Shown piece after piece: positions 39,280-49,301 of a stretch of 64,000 bases of DNA (positions within the stretch are counted from its first letter, which is position 1; every line of letters starts with the position of its first letter). This stretch comes from Candidatus Dormiibacterota bacterium (lineage in GTDB: Bacteria > Chloroflexota > Dormibacteria > Aeolococcales > Aeolococcaceae): the NCBI GenBank assembly GCA_963718525.1, contig OY970355.1:224001-288000 (forward strand). The letters are read 5' to 3'. The position numbers and the translations under genes are program-made. The notes below the pieces were generated by a model. It saw nothing but the letters and a program-made list of their open reading frames with translations. It was not told where the DNA came from and made no database searches.

Positions 39280-40128
39280 ATGCCATCGGTCCACCTGGTG
39301 TGCGACAGCACCGCCGACCTTGACCCCGCGTTTCGCGACGCGCACACGGTCCGAGTGGTGCCGCTCAAGGTGATCTTCGGTGATCAGACCTACGCGGACG
39401 GTGTGGACATCACCGCCGGAGAGTTCTACGCCCGTCTGGCCGCGCCCGGCCCGTTTCCGCGGACCTCCCAGCCGACGCCCTCCGAGTTCGAGGAGGTCTT
39501 CCGGGAACTGGGGGCCGACGGCGTCCCCATCGTCTGCACGACCATCTCCGCCGACCTCAGCGGCACGTACGCCTCGGCAACCCAGGCACGCGCCGCGCTC
39601 CCTGAGCTCGACATCCGCGTGATCGATACCCGCAGCGTCGCGGTCGGCCATTACGCGCCCGTTCGGGAAGCGGTGCGGGTGATCGAGGCCGGCGGTGACG
39701 CCGACGCCGTCGAGGCAGCCGTCAGCGCGGTGCTCAGCACCGACAGGGTGCTCTTCACCGTCGAGACCCTCGAGTTCCTGCGCCGCGGCGGGCGCATCGG
39801 CGGCGCGCGTGCGTTGCTCGGCTCGATGCTCGATATCAAGCCGATCCTCGAGATCCGCGAGGGCGCGATCGAGGCGGTCGGGCGGGTCCGGACCTACCCG
39901 CGGGCGATCGACCGGGTCGTCGAGGAATGCAGACGAGCCGCCGACGCCTGGGGTGGCGCCGAGCTCGTCATCGCCCACGCCGACCGGCCGTCGATCGCCG
40001 CGGAGCTGGTCGAGCGGATGCGCCCGCTGGTGTCGGGCGAGCCGGCCCTGACGGTGGTCGGCCCGGTGGTCGGCTGCCACAGCGGACCTGGCGCGATCGG
40101 CGTTGGGTTCCACAAACCACTGACCTGA
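39280..40128 (+). CDS. DegV family fatty-acid-binding protein
   Basis: DSTADL, TSQP, LSGTY, LRRGGRIG, HSGPGAIG. Confidence 0.95.
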   Translation: MPSVHLVCDSTADLDPAFRDAHTVRVVPLKVIFGDQTYADGVDITAGEFYARLAAPGPFPRTSQPTPSEFEEVFRELGADGVPIVCTTISADLSGTYASATQARAALPELDIRVIDTRSVAVGHYAPVREAVRVIEAGGDADAVEAAVSAVLSTDRVLFTVETLEFLRRGGRIGGARALLGSMLDIKPILEIREGAIEAVGRVRTYPRAIDRVVEECRRAADAWGGAELVIAHADRPSIAAELVERMRPLVSGEPALTVVGPVVGCHSGPGAIGVGFHKPLT

Positions 40129-40196
40129 GCCAGTGGCCGTTCCAGATTCTCTCAATTGCGGCCCGCCGGGGTAGCATTGCCGCTCAGGTTGAACGC

Positions 40197-40901
40197 GTGA
40201 GAGAGATCGCCACTGTGATTGCAACGACCGATCGAGAAGCGGTCCAGGGCGCAGACCTCGACGAAGCCGGACGGAGGGTCCAGATCGTCCGCGCTGCCGC
40301 CGCGGTGCTCGGCCGCCAGGGCTATGCAGAGACGTCACTCAAAGACGTTGCTCGCGCGGCCGGGGTGGCGCCCGGACTCCTCCACTACTACTTCAACTCC
40401 AAGGAGGACCTGCTCCTGGAGGTGGTGGTGGTCACCGAGCGCGAGATGCTCGCCAACTGGAAGGCGGTGGTCGAGGCGGTCGAGGATCCCCTCGAACGCA
40501 TCGTCACCGGACTCGACCACGCCGAAGCGCGCTGCGCCGATCAGCCGGAGTTCTTCCGCCTGCTCCTCGATCTCTACACGGTCAGCCTCAGCAGCCCCGC
40601 ATTGAGGGTTCGGTGCGCGGCGCTCCGAACCCATCTCATCGACGAGGTCGAGATCGAGGTTCGGCAGGTGTTCGGGCGCTTGCCAGCGTATTCGCTGGTC
40701 TCCCCTCGCGAGCTCGCCGGCGCGATCCTGAGCGCCATCGACGGGATCGCGCTCTCGGGCCTGGTGGTCCAGCAGCCGGCCGCCGCCCCCTTCCATGCCC
40801 TGAAGGTGCTGCTCCTCTCGCTGGTGGTCACCGCGTACGTCACCTCCGGGCAGGAGCCCCCAATCGCGCGCCTCGGAGAGATGCTCAGCCGCCACCCCTG
40901 A
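40197..40901 (+). CDS. TetR/AcrR-family regulator (start uncertain)
   Basis: GYAETSLKDVARAAGVAPGLLHYYFNSKEDLL helix-turn-helix. Confidence 0.9.
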   Translation: MREIATVIATTDREAVQGADLDEAGRRVQIVRAAAAVLGRQGYAETSLKDVARAAGVAPGLLHYYFNSKEDLLLEVVVVTEREMLANWKAVVEAVEDPLERIVTGLDHAEARCADQPEFFRLLLDLYTVSLSSPALRVRCAALRTHLIDEVEIEVRQVFGRLPAYSLVSPRELAGAILSAIDGIALSGLVVQQPAAAPFHALKVLLLSLVVTAYVTSGQEPPIARLGEMLSRHP

Positions 40902-40913
40902 GGCAGGCGGCGA

Positions 40914-41693
40914 TCAACTTGCGCCGACCTGGAGTGGAGGGAGCAGTGCCACGGTCGCGCCGATCGGGCCCGGCTCCTCGCCCTCGGCGCGGCCCCAGAA
41001 GCGCGAGAAGCGACCGTCGTAGCCGACCGCGAGACCTCCGTGAAACGCGATGGGCGCCTCATCCCAATGCGGGGTATGTCCATGAACGACCCGTCGAACG
41101 CCGAAGTGCTCGAGGTAGCGCTGCAGGCGTGCGGGGTCGTCGAAGCCGTGCCGTCCGATCGTGTAGCGAAGCGACTGAAAGGCCCCGCCGCGGGTCGCGA
41201 GCCAGGCACGGACCGCGGCATTGACCTCTGCGACGGTGGCGCCGATCTCCGCATAGCGGTCGTCGTCGGTGTGCTGCGCAAGGGTCCCGTCATCGATCTC
41301 GACGAGGAAGGGGAGCGCCCGCAGCCATGCCTCCAGTTCGGCATCCGACACCACCGCGTCGAGGTCCGCCCAGTCGCCGCGGCGGCTCAGCCAGAGATCC
41401 TCGATGCTCAGCCCGTCGCGGGTGCGCCAGGCTCCGAGCTGGTCGGGACCCCGCGAGCGCTCGACCATGACGAGCAGGAAGAGATCGTGGTTGCCGAGCA
41501 CCGAGCGTGCGTTGCGGCGCTCCATGGCGAGCTTCGCGGCGGCCGCTCCGCCGCCTGCCCCGGGCTCGCCGCCCTGAAAGAAGTCACCGAGGAAGACGGT
41601 GTCGACCTGGTCCTCGGGGAAGGGCTGGAGCGCCTCTCGGAGCCGGTCGACGTCGCCCTGGACGTCGCCGACGATCAGGGTGGGCCGGGTCAC
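40914..41693 (-). CDS. Calcineurin-like metallophosphoesterase
   Basis: GDVQG, LGDFFQGG, LGNHD, VHGHTP. Confidence 0.82.
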   Translation of the reverse strand: MTRPTLIVGDVQGDVDRLREALQPFPEDQVDTVFLGDFFQGGEPGAGGGAAAAKLAMERRNARSVLGNHDLFLLVMVERSRGPDQLGAWRTRDGLSIEDLWLSRRGDWADLDAVVSDAELEAWLRALPFLVEIDDGTLAQHTDDDRYAEIGATVAEVNAAVRAWLATRGGAFQSLRYTIGRHGFDDPARLQRYLEHFGVRRVVHGHTPHWDEAPIAFHGGLAVGYDGRFSRFWGRAEGEEPGPIGATVALLPPLQVGAS

Positions 41694-41720
41694 CCCATCA
41701 GGATACGAGCGCGCACGCGC

Positions 41721-43160
41721 TCAACCGCCAGCGGCCGCCTTGCGCGTGCGAGCCACGAGCGCGCGTGCTCTGGCGAGCTGTCTGGTCACCGACCTGGGTC
41801 CCGGCCCGCCGGGCACATCGCGGCGGCGGAGCGCCGCATCGGCATCGAAGAGATCGACCACGTCCGGGCCGAAGCGATTCGACACCGAGCGCCACTCGCT
41901 GATGTCGAGGTCAGCGAGCGTGCGGCCCTCGGCCAGTGTCCGCGCGACCACCTCCCCGACGAGGGTATGGGCTTCCCTAAAAGGCACTCCGTTGGCGACG
42001 AGGTGCTCCGCGATGTCGGTGGCCTGGAGCGCTGGATCCGATGCTGCCCGGCGCATCGCCTCCACATCGAAGTGCACGACCGTGATGACCTCGGTGAGCA
42101 ACCGCAGCGTGGCGGCCGTGGTGTCCACCGCGTCGAACAACGGCTCCTTGTCCTCCTGGAGGTCGCGGTTGTACGTGAGCGGCAAACCCTTGAGCACCGT
42201 GAGCAGTGCGACCACATCACCGATGACGCGCCCGCTTCTGCCCCGCGCAAGCTCGGCGACGTCGGCGTTCTTCTTCTGAGGCATCAGCGACGAGCCGGTA
42301 GCATGACTGTCGGGGAGGCTGACGAACCCGAACTCGACACTCGACCAGAGCACGAGCTCCTCACCGAGCCGTGAGCAGTGGACCATCGTGAGCGCGCAGG
42401 CGGATGCGATCTCGACCGCGAAATCCCTGTCGGCGACGGCGTCCATGCTGTTGGCGGCAATCCGCCCGAAGCCGAGCTCACCGGCCACGCGGTCACGGTC
42501 AAGTGGCAGCGTGGACCCCGCCAGTGCCCCGCTCCCCAGGGGAAGCTCGTCGCAGGCCAGGCGCGCCGCGCCAAGACGAAGCGCGTCGCGAGCGAACATC
42601 TCGACGTACGCCAGCAGGTGATGCGCCAGCGACACGACCTGGGCGCGCTGCAGGTGGGTATACCCCGGCATCGGTGCTGTGCGGTGCTCGGCCGCGCGTG
42701 CCGCGAGTGCCTCCTGCAGCCCGGCGAGCGCAACCAGGAGGTCCGTGCACGCGCGGCGAGCCCACATGCGCAGGTCGGTTGCAACCTGGTCATTTCGACT
42801 GCGCCCGGTGTGGAGCATTCCCGCCACGGGACCGGCGAGCTCGAAGAGCCGGCGCTCGACCGCCGTGTGGATGTCCTCGTCACCGGGCGACACCGCGAAG
42901 CCATCGCTCGACAGCTCCGCGGCGATGGCGCGCAGTCCCGCATCGATGGCGCGATGCTGCGCAGCGGTGAGCACGCCGATGCTGCGGAGCATGCGCGCGT
43001 GCGCGCGCGAGCCGGCGACGTCATCGGCGCCGAGACGGCGGTCGACGGCGAGGCTCGACGTGTACGCCTCGACCCGTTCGGACGTCGGGCCGCTCAGCCG
43101 GCCTGCCCAGACCTTGGGTTCGCGCGCTTCGCGGCGCGCCCGCCGATCAGACGTCGCCAC
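41721..43160 (-). CDS. argH: Argininosuccinate lyase
   Basis: WAGR, HTGRSRNDQ, MPGYTHLQRAQ, GSSLMPQKKN, YNRDLQEDKE. Confidence 0.97.
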   Translation of the reverse strand: MATSDRRARREAREPKVWAGRLSGPTSERVEAYTSSLAVDRRLGADDVAGSRAHARMLRSIGVLTAAQHRAIDAGLRAIAAELSSDGFAVSPGDEDIHTAVERRLFELAGPVAGMLHTGRSRNDQVATDLRMWARRACTDLLVALAGLQEALAARAAEHRTAPMPGYTHLQRAQVVSLAHHLLAYVEMFARDALRLGAARLACDELPLGSGALAGSTLPLDRDRVAGELGFGRIAANSMDAVADRDFAVEIASACALTMVHCSRLGEELVLWSSVEFGFVSLPDSHATGSSLMPQKKNADVAELARGRSGRVIGDVVALLTVLKGLPLTYNRDLQEDKEPLFDAVDTTAATLRLLTEVITVVHFDVEAMRRAASDPALQATDIAEHLVANGVPFREAHTLVGEVVARTLAEGRTLADLDISEWRSVSNRFGPDVVDLFDADAALRRRDVPGGPGPRSVTRQLARARALVARTRKAAAGG

Positions 43161-44397
43161 GCCGTTGGGTGCGCCGTTCGACGTGGAGAGGGGCCGTGTC
43201 CTCGAGCGCTCCCTGCACGCGGGTCTGGGTACGGAGCGGCAGGCCGAACAGTTCGATGAACCCACGCGCCGCTGCGTGGTCGAACGTGTCGCCGGCACGA
43301 TCGTAGGTCGCGAGGTCGTTGCTGTAGAGCGATCGCTCCGCTCGCCTGCCGATGACCTGCGCAGCGCCGTCCTGCAGACGCATCCGCACCACACCGGTCA
43401 CGTGCACCTGGGTCTCCTGCACGAACGCATCGAGCGCGGTGCGCAGCGCGGAGAACCAGAGACCGTCGTACACGAGACGCGCCCACTCGTCACCGACGAT
43501 GCGCTTGAAACGCGCGACGTCTCGCGGAATCGTGAGGCTTTCGAGCGCGTCATGGGCGGCGTGGAGCGCGACCGCCGCGGGTGCTTCATACACCTCGCGG
43601 GACTTGATGCCGACCAGACGGTTCTCCACGTGGTCGATGCGTCCGATGCCGCGTGCCCCCGCGAGGGTGTTGAGCTCCCCCACCAGCCGCTCCCCTTCGA
43701 GCCGGCGACCGTCGAGGGATACCGGAACCCCGCGCTCGAAGCCGATCTCGACGACAGCGTCTGGAGCATGGTCGTGAGCGGTCCACGCGTAGACATCGTC
43801 CGGCGGTTCGATCCAGGGGTCTTCGAGCACGCCCGTCTCGATGCTTCGTCCCCAGAGGTTCGCATCCACCGAGTACGGTGACGCCTTGGTCACCGCCACC
43901 TCGATGCCGTGCGCGGCTGCGTACTCGAGCTCCTCCGAGCGCCCCATCGCCCAATCGCGCACCGGCGCGACCACACGAAGCTCCGGGGCGAGGGCGCCGA
44001 CGGCGACGTCGAAGCGGACCTGGTCGTTGCCCTTGCCGGTGCATCCGTGCGCGACCGCACTGGCTCCTTCCTCGCGGGCCACGTCGACGAGCAGCTTGGC
44101 GATGAGCGGACGCCCCAGCGCGGTGGCAAGCGGATACACGCCCTCATAGAGCGCCCCTGCCGCAAGCGTCGGGAAACAGAAGGCGTCGACAAATACCCGG
44201 CGCGCGTCGGCGACGTGCGCGCTGAGCGCACCGGTGCGCAACGCCTTGGTCGCAACCGCATCGACATCCTTTGACTCACCGAGATCTGCGGTGAGCGTGA
44301 TCACGTCGTATCCGAGCTCTTCCTGGAGCCACCGGATGGCCACCGACGTGTCCAGGCCGCCGCTGTATGCGAGCACGCAGCGTTCGCGGGCGCTCAA
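43147..44397 (-). CDS. argG: Argininosuccinate synthase
   Basis: LAYSGGLDTS, HGCTGKGNDQVRF, ENRLVGIKSREVYE. Confidence 0.97.
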   Translation of the reverse strand: MSARERCVLAYSGGLDTSVAIRWLQEELGYDVITLTADLGESKDVDAVATKALRTGALSAHVADARRVFVDAFCFPTLAAGALYEGVYPLATALGRPLIAKLLVDVAREEGASAVAHGCTGKGNDQVRFDVAVGALAPELRVVAPVRDWAMGRSEELEYAAAHGIEVAVTKASPYSVDANLWGRSIETGVLEDPWIEPPDDVYAWTAHDHAPDAVVEIGFERGVPVSLDGRRLEGERLVGELNTLAGARGIGRIDHVENRLVGIKSREVYEAPAAVALHAAHDALESLTIPRDVARFKRIVGDEWARLVYDGLWFSALRTALDAFVQETQVHVTGVVRMRLQDGAAQVIGRRAERSLYSNDLATYDRAGDTFDHAAARGFIELFGLPLRTQTRVQGALEDTAPLHVERRTQRRGDV

Positions 44398-44891
44398 CGC
44401 ATGTCATCCGACATTGCGTTGAGGCGAAGGAGGAGGCGCTGTGCCGCCGGTCGTGACCTCGCGATCACCAGCACCGTGTCATCGCCGGCGATGGTGCCGG
44501 CAACCTCCTCGAATCGGGACGCATCGAGGGCGCCGCCCACCAGCGGCGCGCATCCCGGGGCGGTGTGCACGATGCCGAACAGGTCGACGAACTCGATGGC
44601 CTGGACGTGCTCCCGGATCGCATTGCGGAGTCGCTGCATGGTCTGCTCAACGTCGAGCTCGGCGACCGGCGCCATGTAGCGTGCCCCGGCATCATCGTGG
44701 ACACGGAGCAGACCGAGCTCGCGGATGTCACGGCTCACTGTCGCCTGCGTGACCGGGAACCGTCTGCGATGCAGCTCGGCGACGAGATCCTCCTGGGTGC
44801 GGATGACACCGCCGCGCACCAGTGCGAGGATGGCGCGGTGACGCGCGGGTTTCGCGGCCGGCCCGATCACCCGGGTCGCGCTCGCGCTCAT
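44394..44891 (-). CDS. argR: Arginine repressor
   Basis: VTQATVSRDIRELG, GTIAGDDT. Confidence 0.96.
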   Translation of the reverse strand: MSASATRVIGPAAKPARHRAILALVRGGVIRTQEDLVAELHRRRFPVTQATVSRDIRELGLLRVHDDAGARYMAPVAELDVEQTMQRLRNAIREHVQAIEFVDLFGIVHTAPGCAPLVGGALDASRFEEVAGTIAGDDTVLVIARSRPAAQRLLLRLNAMSDDMR

Positions 44892-46114
44892 ACGTCGCGG
44901 GTCGATGCTGCGACAGCATCGAACGCCCTGCCGAGGCGCAGCACGGCCTCGTCGACCTCGTCGCGGGTGATGATCAATGGCGGCACCAGCCGGAGCGTGC
45001 GTTCGCCGACCGCGTTGACGATCAATCCCTCGTTCAGCGCGGCGGCGGCAACATCACGAGCAACGTCTCTGCTCAGCGCGACGCCCAGCATGAGCCCGCG
45101 CCCCCGCACACCCGCGATCGGCGCGCCATGCTCCCCGAGTGCGTGGAGCAACTCGGCGAGGTAGTCACCGACCTCCGCCGCGTGCGCCACCAATCCCTCG
45201 CGCTGCACGGCGCGCATCACTGCAACGGCGGCTGCACATGCCAGCGGGCCACCACCGAACGTGGAACCGTGGTCACCGGGTTCGAAGACATCCGCACGCG
45301 GCGCCGCCAGGATGGCGCCGATCGGCACGCCGCCTCCGAGCGCCTTGGCGACCGTCATCACGTCCGGGGCCGCGTCCTCATGCTGGTGCGCCCACCACCT
45401 GCCGGTCCGCCCCATCCCTGTCTGGACCTCGTCAAGGATGAGCAGCACATCGCGTTCGTCGCACAGGCGGCGAATCGCCGCGAGCCTCCCCGGAGCGAGG
45501 GCGACCACACCACTCTCTCCCTCGATCGGCTCGAGCATCACCGCGCAGGTCGCGCTGTCGATCGACTGTTCGAGAGCGCCGAGGTCGTCGTACGGGACGT
45601 GGACGAAGCCCTTCGGCAGGGGTTCGAACTGCTTGCGATAGCGAGGGTTCGCGGTTGCCGCGAGCGCCCCCATGGTGCGTCCATGGAATGCGCCCTGCGC
45701 ACAGATGATCACGTGTGCGCCATCACGATGCAGCTTGCCCCACTTGCGCGCCAGCTTGATGGCACCCTCATTCGCCTCCGCACCACTGTTGCAGAAGAAC
45801 ACCCGCGAAGGGAACGCTGATGCGACCAACAGCTCGGCGAGCTCCAGCTGCGGCTCGGTGTAGTAGAGATTGCTCGTGTGCATCAGCGTTGCCGCCTGGT
45901 CGGCGATCGCCTGGCGCAACGCCGGATGGTTGTGACCGAGAACGTTCACCGCGATCCCGGCGACGAGGTCGAGAAATTCACGTCCGTCGGCATCGGTGAG
46001 CCAGACGCCGTGGCCGCTGCGCAGCGCCACCGGCTGGCGCTGATATGTGTCCATGAGCGCAGCCTTGGCGCGCGCTGCGAACGTGGTTCCCGCGGTCGTG
46101 CTGCCGGCCGTCAC
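44888..46114 (-). CDS. argD: Acetylornithine aminotransferase
   Basis: NSGAEANEGAIK, FHGRT, DEVQTGMGRTG, AKALGGG, HGSTFGG. Confidence 0.95.
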   Translation of the reverse strand: MTAGSTTAGTTFAARAKAALMDTYQRQPVALRSGHGVWLTDADGREFLDLVAGIAVNVLGHNHPALRQAIADQAATLMHTSNLYYTEPQLELAELLVASAFPSRVFFCNSGAEANEGAIKLARKWGKLHRDGAHVIICAQGAFHGRTMGALAATANPRYRKQFEPLPKGFVHVPYDDLGALEQSIDSATCAVMLEPIEGESGVVALAPGRLAAIRRLCDERDVLLILDEVQTGMGRTGRWWAHQHEDAAPDVMTVAKALGGGVPIGAILAAPRADVFEPGDHGSTFGGGPLACAAAVAVMRAVQREGLVAHAAEVGDYLAELLHALGEHGAPIAGVRGRGLMLGVALSRDVARDVAAAALNEGLIVNAVGERTLRLVPPLIITRDEVDEAVLRLGRAFDAVAASTRDV

Positions 46115-46986
46115 ACGGACTCCGAGTGGGTGAGCATGGTGCCGACGCCGCGCTCGGTGAGCAGCTCGAGGAGCAGTGCGTGCGGGACCCGCGCGTCGAT
46201 GATGTGCGTGGCGCAGCCGCCGTCGGTGGCTCTGATCGCCGCCTCGACCTTGGGGATCATGCCGTCGTGGATCACGCCGGAGGCGAGCAGCTCTCGTCCG
46301 CGCACCGCGTCAAGTTCGCTGATCAAGTCGCCGGCGCCGTCGCGAACACCTTCGACGTCGGTCATGAGGATGAGCTTGCTGGCGTCCAGCGCGACGGCGA
46401 GCTCTGCGGCGACGGTGTCGGCATTGACGTTGTACGCCTGACCGTCGTAGCCGAGACCGATCGATGCCATCACGGGGATGCGCCCCTGGTCGAGGATGGC
46501 CAGGATCGGTTCAGCGTTCACCTGCGCCACGTCACCGACGAAGCCCAGGTCGGCTCCGCTCGTATCCGACCGCGGACGCACCAGCAGCGTCGGTCCGTCC
46601 TCGCCGGAGATCCCGATCGCGCCGGCGCCGAGCGTGTGGATGCGCGCGACGATGTCGGGCCCGATCTTGCCGGTGAGGACCATCTTCGCGATCTCCATCG
46701 TCGGCGCGTCGGTGACCCGGAGCCCGTTGACGAACCGGGTCTCGATGCCCATCCGCTGCTGCCACGCGCTGATCTCCGAGCCGCCGCCGTGCACGATCAC
46801 CGGTCGCATCCCGACGAAGCGGAGGAGGACCACGTCCTCGAGCACGGCATCGAGATCCGCCACCGCGCTCGCCGCGCCCCCGACCTTGATGACGAGGATG
46901 TGACCCGCGAACCGCTTGATGTATGGCAGTGCCTCGATGAGCACCTCAGCACGATGGATCCGTTCGTCGATGGTCTGTTCAGGCAT
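46111..46986 (-). CDS. argB: Acetylglutamate kinase
   Basis: EALPYI, VHGGG, GLRVTD, NVNAD, GMIPKV. Confidence 0.96.
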   Translation of the reverse strand: MPEQTIDERIHRAEVLIEALPYIKRFAGHILVIKVGGAASAVADLDAVLEDVVLLRFVGMRPVIVHGGGSEISAWQQRMGIETRFVNGLRVTDAPTMEIAKMVLTGKIGPDIVARIHTLGAGAIGISGEDGPTLLVRPRSDTSGADLGFVGDVAQVNAEPILAILDQGRIPVMASIGLGYDGQAYNVNADTVAAELAVALDASKLILMTDVEGVRDGAGDLISELDAVRGRELLASGVIHDGMIPKVEAAIRATDGGCATHIIDARVPHALLLELLTERGVGTMLTHSESV

Positions 46987-47009
46987 GGTGGTTGTGGTGG
47001 TGCTCCGTA

Positions 47010-48239
47010 TCAGGTGGTGTAGTCGGCATTGATGCGCACGTAGTCCGCTGAGAGGTCGCAGCCCCACGCATGACCCTCGCCATCGCCCGCGCCGAGGTCG
47101 ATGTCGATGTCGAGACGTGGCAGCGAGAGCGCGGCGCGAATCCGTTCCGCTTCAACTCGCTCGGGGGCACCGCGGTCGAACACGACCAGGCCCCCGATGG
47201 CGACGCGGCAGCGGTCCAGGGTGAATGACGCACCGCTCCGGCCGAGGGCGGCCACGACGCGACCCCAGTTGGGATCGCCACCGTGGATCGCTGCCTTGAC
47301 CAGCGAGCTCTGCGCGACGACGCGCGCAGCGATGCGCGCCTGATCCGTGCCCACGGCGCGGTGCACCGCGACGCGGAAATGACGCGTTGCACCCTCGGCA
47401 TCGGCAACGAGCTGCTCCGCAAGCGAGTCACAGACCTCGAGCAGCGAACCCTCGAAGGCGGCCGCCGCACTCGATCCTTCGACGAACATCGCGCCACCCG
47501 CCGCGCCGTTGGCGAGCAGGATGCACGAGTCGTTGGTGGACGTGTCGCCGTCGACCGTGACGCAGTTGAACGTGCTGTCGGTGACGCGACGCAGTGCCCC
47601 CTGGAGCAGCGTCGATTCCACAGGTGCGTCGGTGGTGATGAACGCGAGCAGGGTCGCCATATCCGGGTGGAGCATCCCGGCACCCTTTGCGGTAGCCCCC
47701 ACGGTGTAGGTCACACCGTTACCGATGAACGTGGCCTCCGCAACCTTGGCGACCGTGTCGGTGGTCATGATCGCGCGCGCAACGTCGCCGCCCGCGTCCG
47801 GAGACATGGACAGCGCCGCAGCCCGGATGCCACGCACCACACGATCCATCGGCATCGGCCGCCCGATCACGCCGGTGCTGCACACGAGCACATCGCTTGG
47901 GTCGAGGTCGAGGCTGTCGCCGGCGGTCGTGCACATGACAAGTGCGTCGCGAAATCCCTGGCCGCCGGTGCACGCGTTGGCGTTGCCGGCGTTGACGACC
48001 ACGGCGGAGATCGGCGTGCCGCGCCGCAGTGTCAGCTGCGAGATGACCACCGGTGCCGCCTTGACGGTGTTCCGCGTGAAGACCCCCGCCGCGGTGGCGG
48101 GGGTATCGGAGCGGATCACCGCAACGTCGGTGCGCGTCTCGTCACCGTCGCCACGAATCCCCGCGGCAGCCACACCGCCGCGAAATCCGCGTGGAGCGCA
48201 GACCCCAGCTCGGGTGTGCTGCATCGCCGGTGCGCTCAC
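47010..48239 (-). CDS. argJ: Ornithine acetyltransferase ArgJ
   Basis: GNANACTG, KGAGMLHPDMAT, DGDTSTND, DPNWGR, INADYTT; GTGA overlap with the argC stop. Confidence 0.96.
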   Translation of the reverse strand: MSAPAMQHTRAGVCAPRGFRGGVAAAGIRGDGDETRTDVAVIRSDTPATAAGVFTRNTVKAAPVVISQLTLRRGTPISAVVVNAGNANACTGGQGFRDALVMCTTAGDSLDLDPSDVLVCSTGVIGRPMPMDRVVRGIRAAALSMSPDAGGDVARAIMTTDTVAKVAEATFIGNGVTYTVGATAKGAGMLHPDMATLLAFITTDAPVESTLLQGALRRVTDSTFNCVTVDGDTSTNDSCILLANGAAGGAMFVEGSSAAAAFEGSLLEVCDSLAEQLVADAEGATRHFRVAVHRAVGTDQARIAARVVAQSSLVKAAIHGGDPNWGRVVAALGRSGASFTLDRCRVAIGGLVVFDRGAPERVEAERIRAALSLPRLDIDIDLGAGDGEGHAWGCDLSADYVRINADYTT

Positions 48240-49261
48240 GGCCACAGGAAGCGTGACTCCAGGCCCGCGGTCTCGTCGAACCCGAATCGGATGTTCATCG
48301 CGTGCACCGCCTGGCCGCCACCGCCCTTGCCGAGATTGTCGATGGCGACGGTGACGACCGCCATACCGTCCTGCCAACCGGAGTTGATCGACGCGCGGTT
48401 GGTTCCGGTCATGCCCTTGGTCGGTGGCGGCGTCTCGACGTGATCGAGGAACGGGCTCGTGGCGCAAAACTCTGCGTACAGCTCATTGAAGTGCGCGTGC
48501 GTGACACCGGGAAGCGGGCGGAGATATGCGGTGACCAGGATGCCGCGCGTCATTGGGATCAGATGGGGCACGAACGTGAGCCGCACCTCACCTTCCGCGG
48601 CGAGACGCAGCTGCTCCAGCATCTCGGACTTGTGGCGATGCCCGGCAACACCATAGGCGTGCACCGACTCATTGACTTCTGCGAAGAGATTGGCAACCTT
48701 CGCCTCGCGCCCTGCGCCGCTGACGCCGCTCTTGGCATCGACCACGATGTCAGGCTCGATCAAGCCCTCGCGCAGCGCAGGGACGCATGCCAGCAGGGTG
48801 GCAGTCGGATAGCAGCCGGGCACCGAGATGAGATTCGCGCCAGGCAGACGCTCGCGCTCGAGCTCGACCATCGCGTACACCGCCTCCCCGAGCAGACCCG
48901 GCGAGGGATGCTCGATGCCATACCACTGCTGATACGCGGTGGCATCGCGGAGCCGGAAATCGGCCGAGCAGTCGATGACGGTGGCGCCGCCGGCGAGCCA
49001 CCCGGGCGCGAGCGACGCCGCGACGGTGTGGGGCAGCGCCGCCATCACCACATCCGCCGAGCCGGGGTCGAGGCCGTCCTCGATGATCAGATCGACGGAG
49101 CTCCCGGGGACCACGTCGGAGTAGCGTTTGCCGGCGCTCGTGTGCCCGAGCACGCGCGTGAGCTCCACGTCGGGATGCCCGGCGAGCAGCGCCGTGCATT
49201 GCATGCCGATGTATCCGGTGGAGCCGAAGACTGCGGCGCGGATCCGTGTCGCCTGGGCCAT
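48236..49261 (-). CDS. argC: N-acetyl-gamma-glutamyl-phosphate reductase
   Basis: GSTGYIG, SADFRL, PGCYPT, SGVSGAG, IDNLGKG. Confidence 0.96.
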   Translation of the reverse strand: MAQATRIRAAVFGSTGYIGMQCTALLAGHPDVELTRVLGHTSAGKRYSDVVPGSSVDLIIEDGLDPGSADVVMAALPHTVAASLAPGWLAGGATVIDCSADFRLRDATAYQQWYGIEHPSPGLLGEAVYAMVELERERLPGANLISVPGCYPTATLLACVPALREGLIEPDIVVDAKSGVSGAGREAKVANLFAEVNESVHAYGVAGHRHKSEMLEQLRLAAEGEVRLTFVPHLIPMTRGILVTAYLRPLPGVTHAHFNELYAEFCATSPFLDHVETPPPTKGMTGTNRASINSGWQDGMAVVTVAIDNLGKGGGGQAVHAMNIRFGFDETAGLESRFLWP

Positions 49262-49283
49262 GACCGAGGAGTATACGGCCTAG

Positions 49284-49301
49284 CCTGCATACTTATGCAT
49301 T
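49284..49301. promoter_or_regulatory. ARG box (ArgR operator) over the argC promoter
   Basis: Palindrome TGCAT-ACTT-ATGCA at 49286-49299; minus-strand -10 TATACT at 49270-49275. Confidence 0.8.

Noticed and set aside
46987-47002. GTG/CAC triplet run before argB as a possible poly-Thr/His leader peptide
   Set aside because: Only a 23-bp spacer between argJ and argB, with no start codon, terminator or Arg codons.
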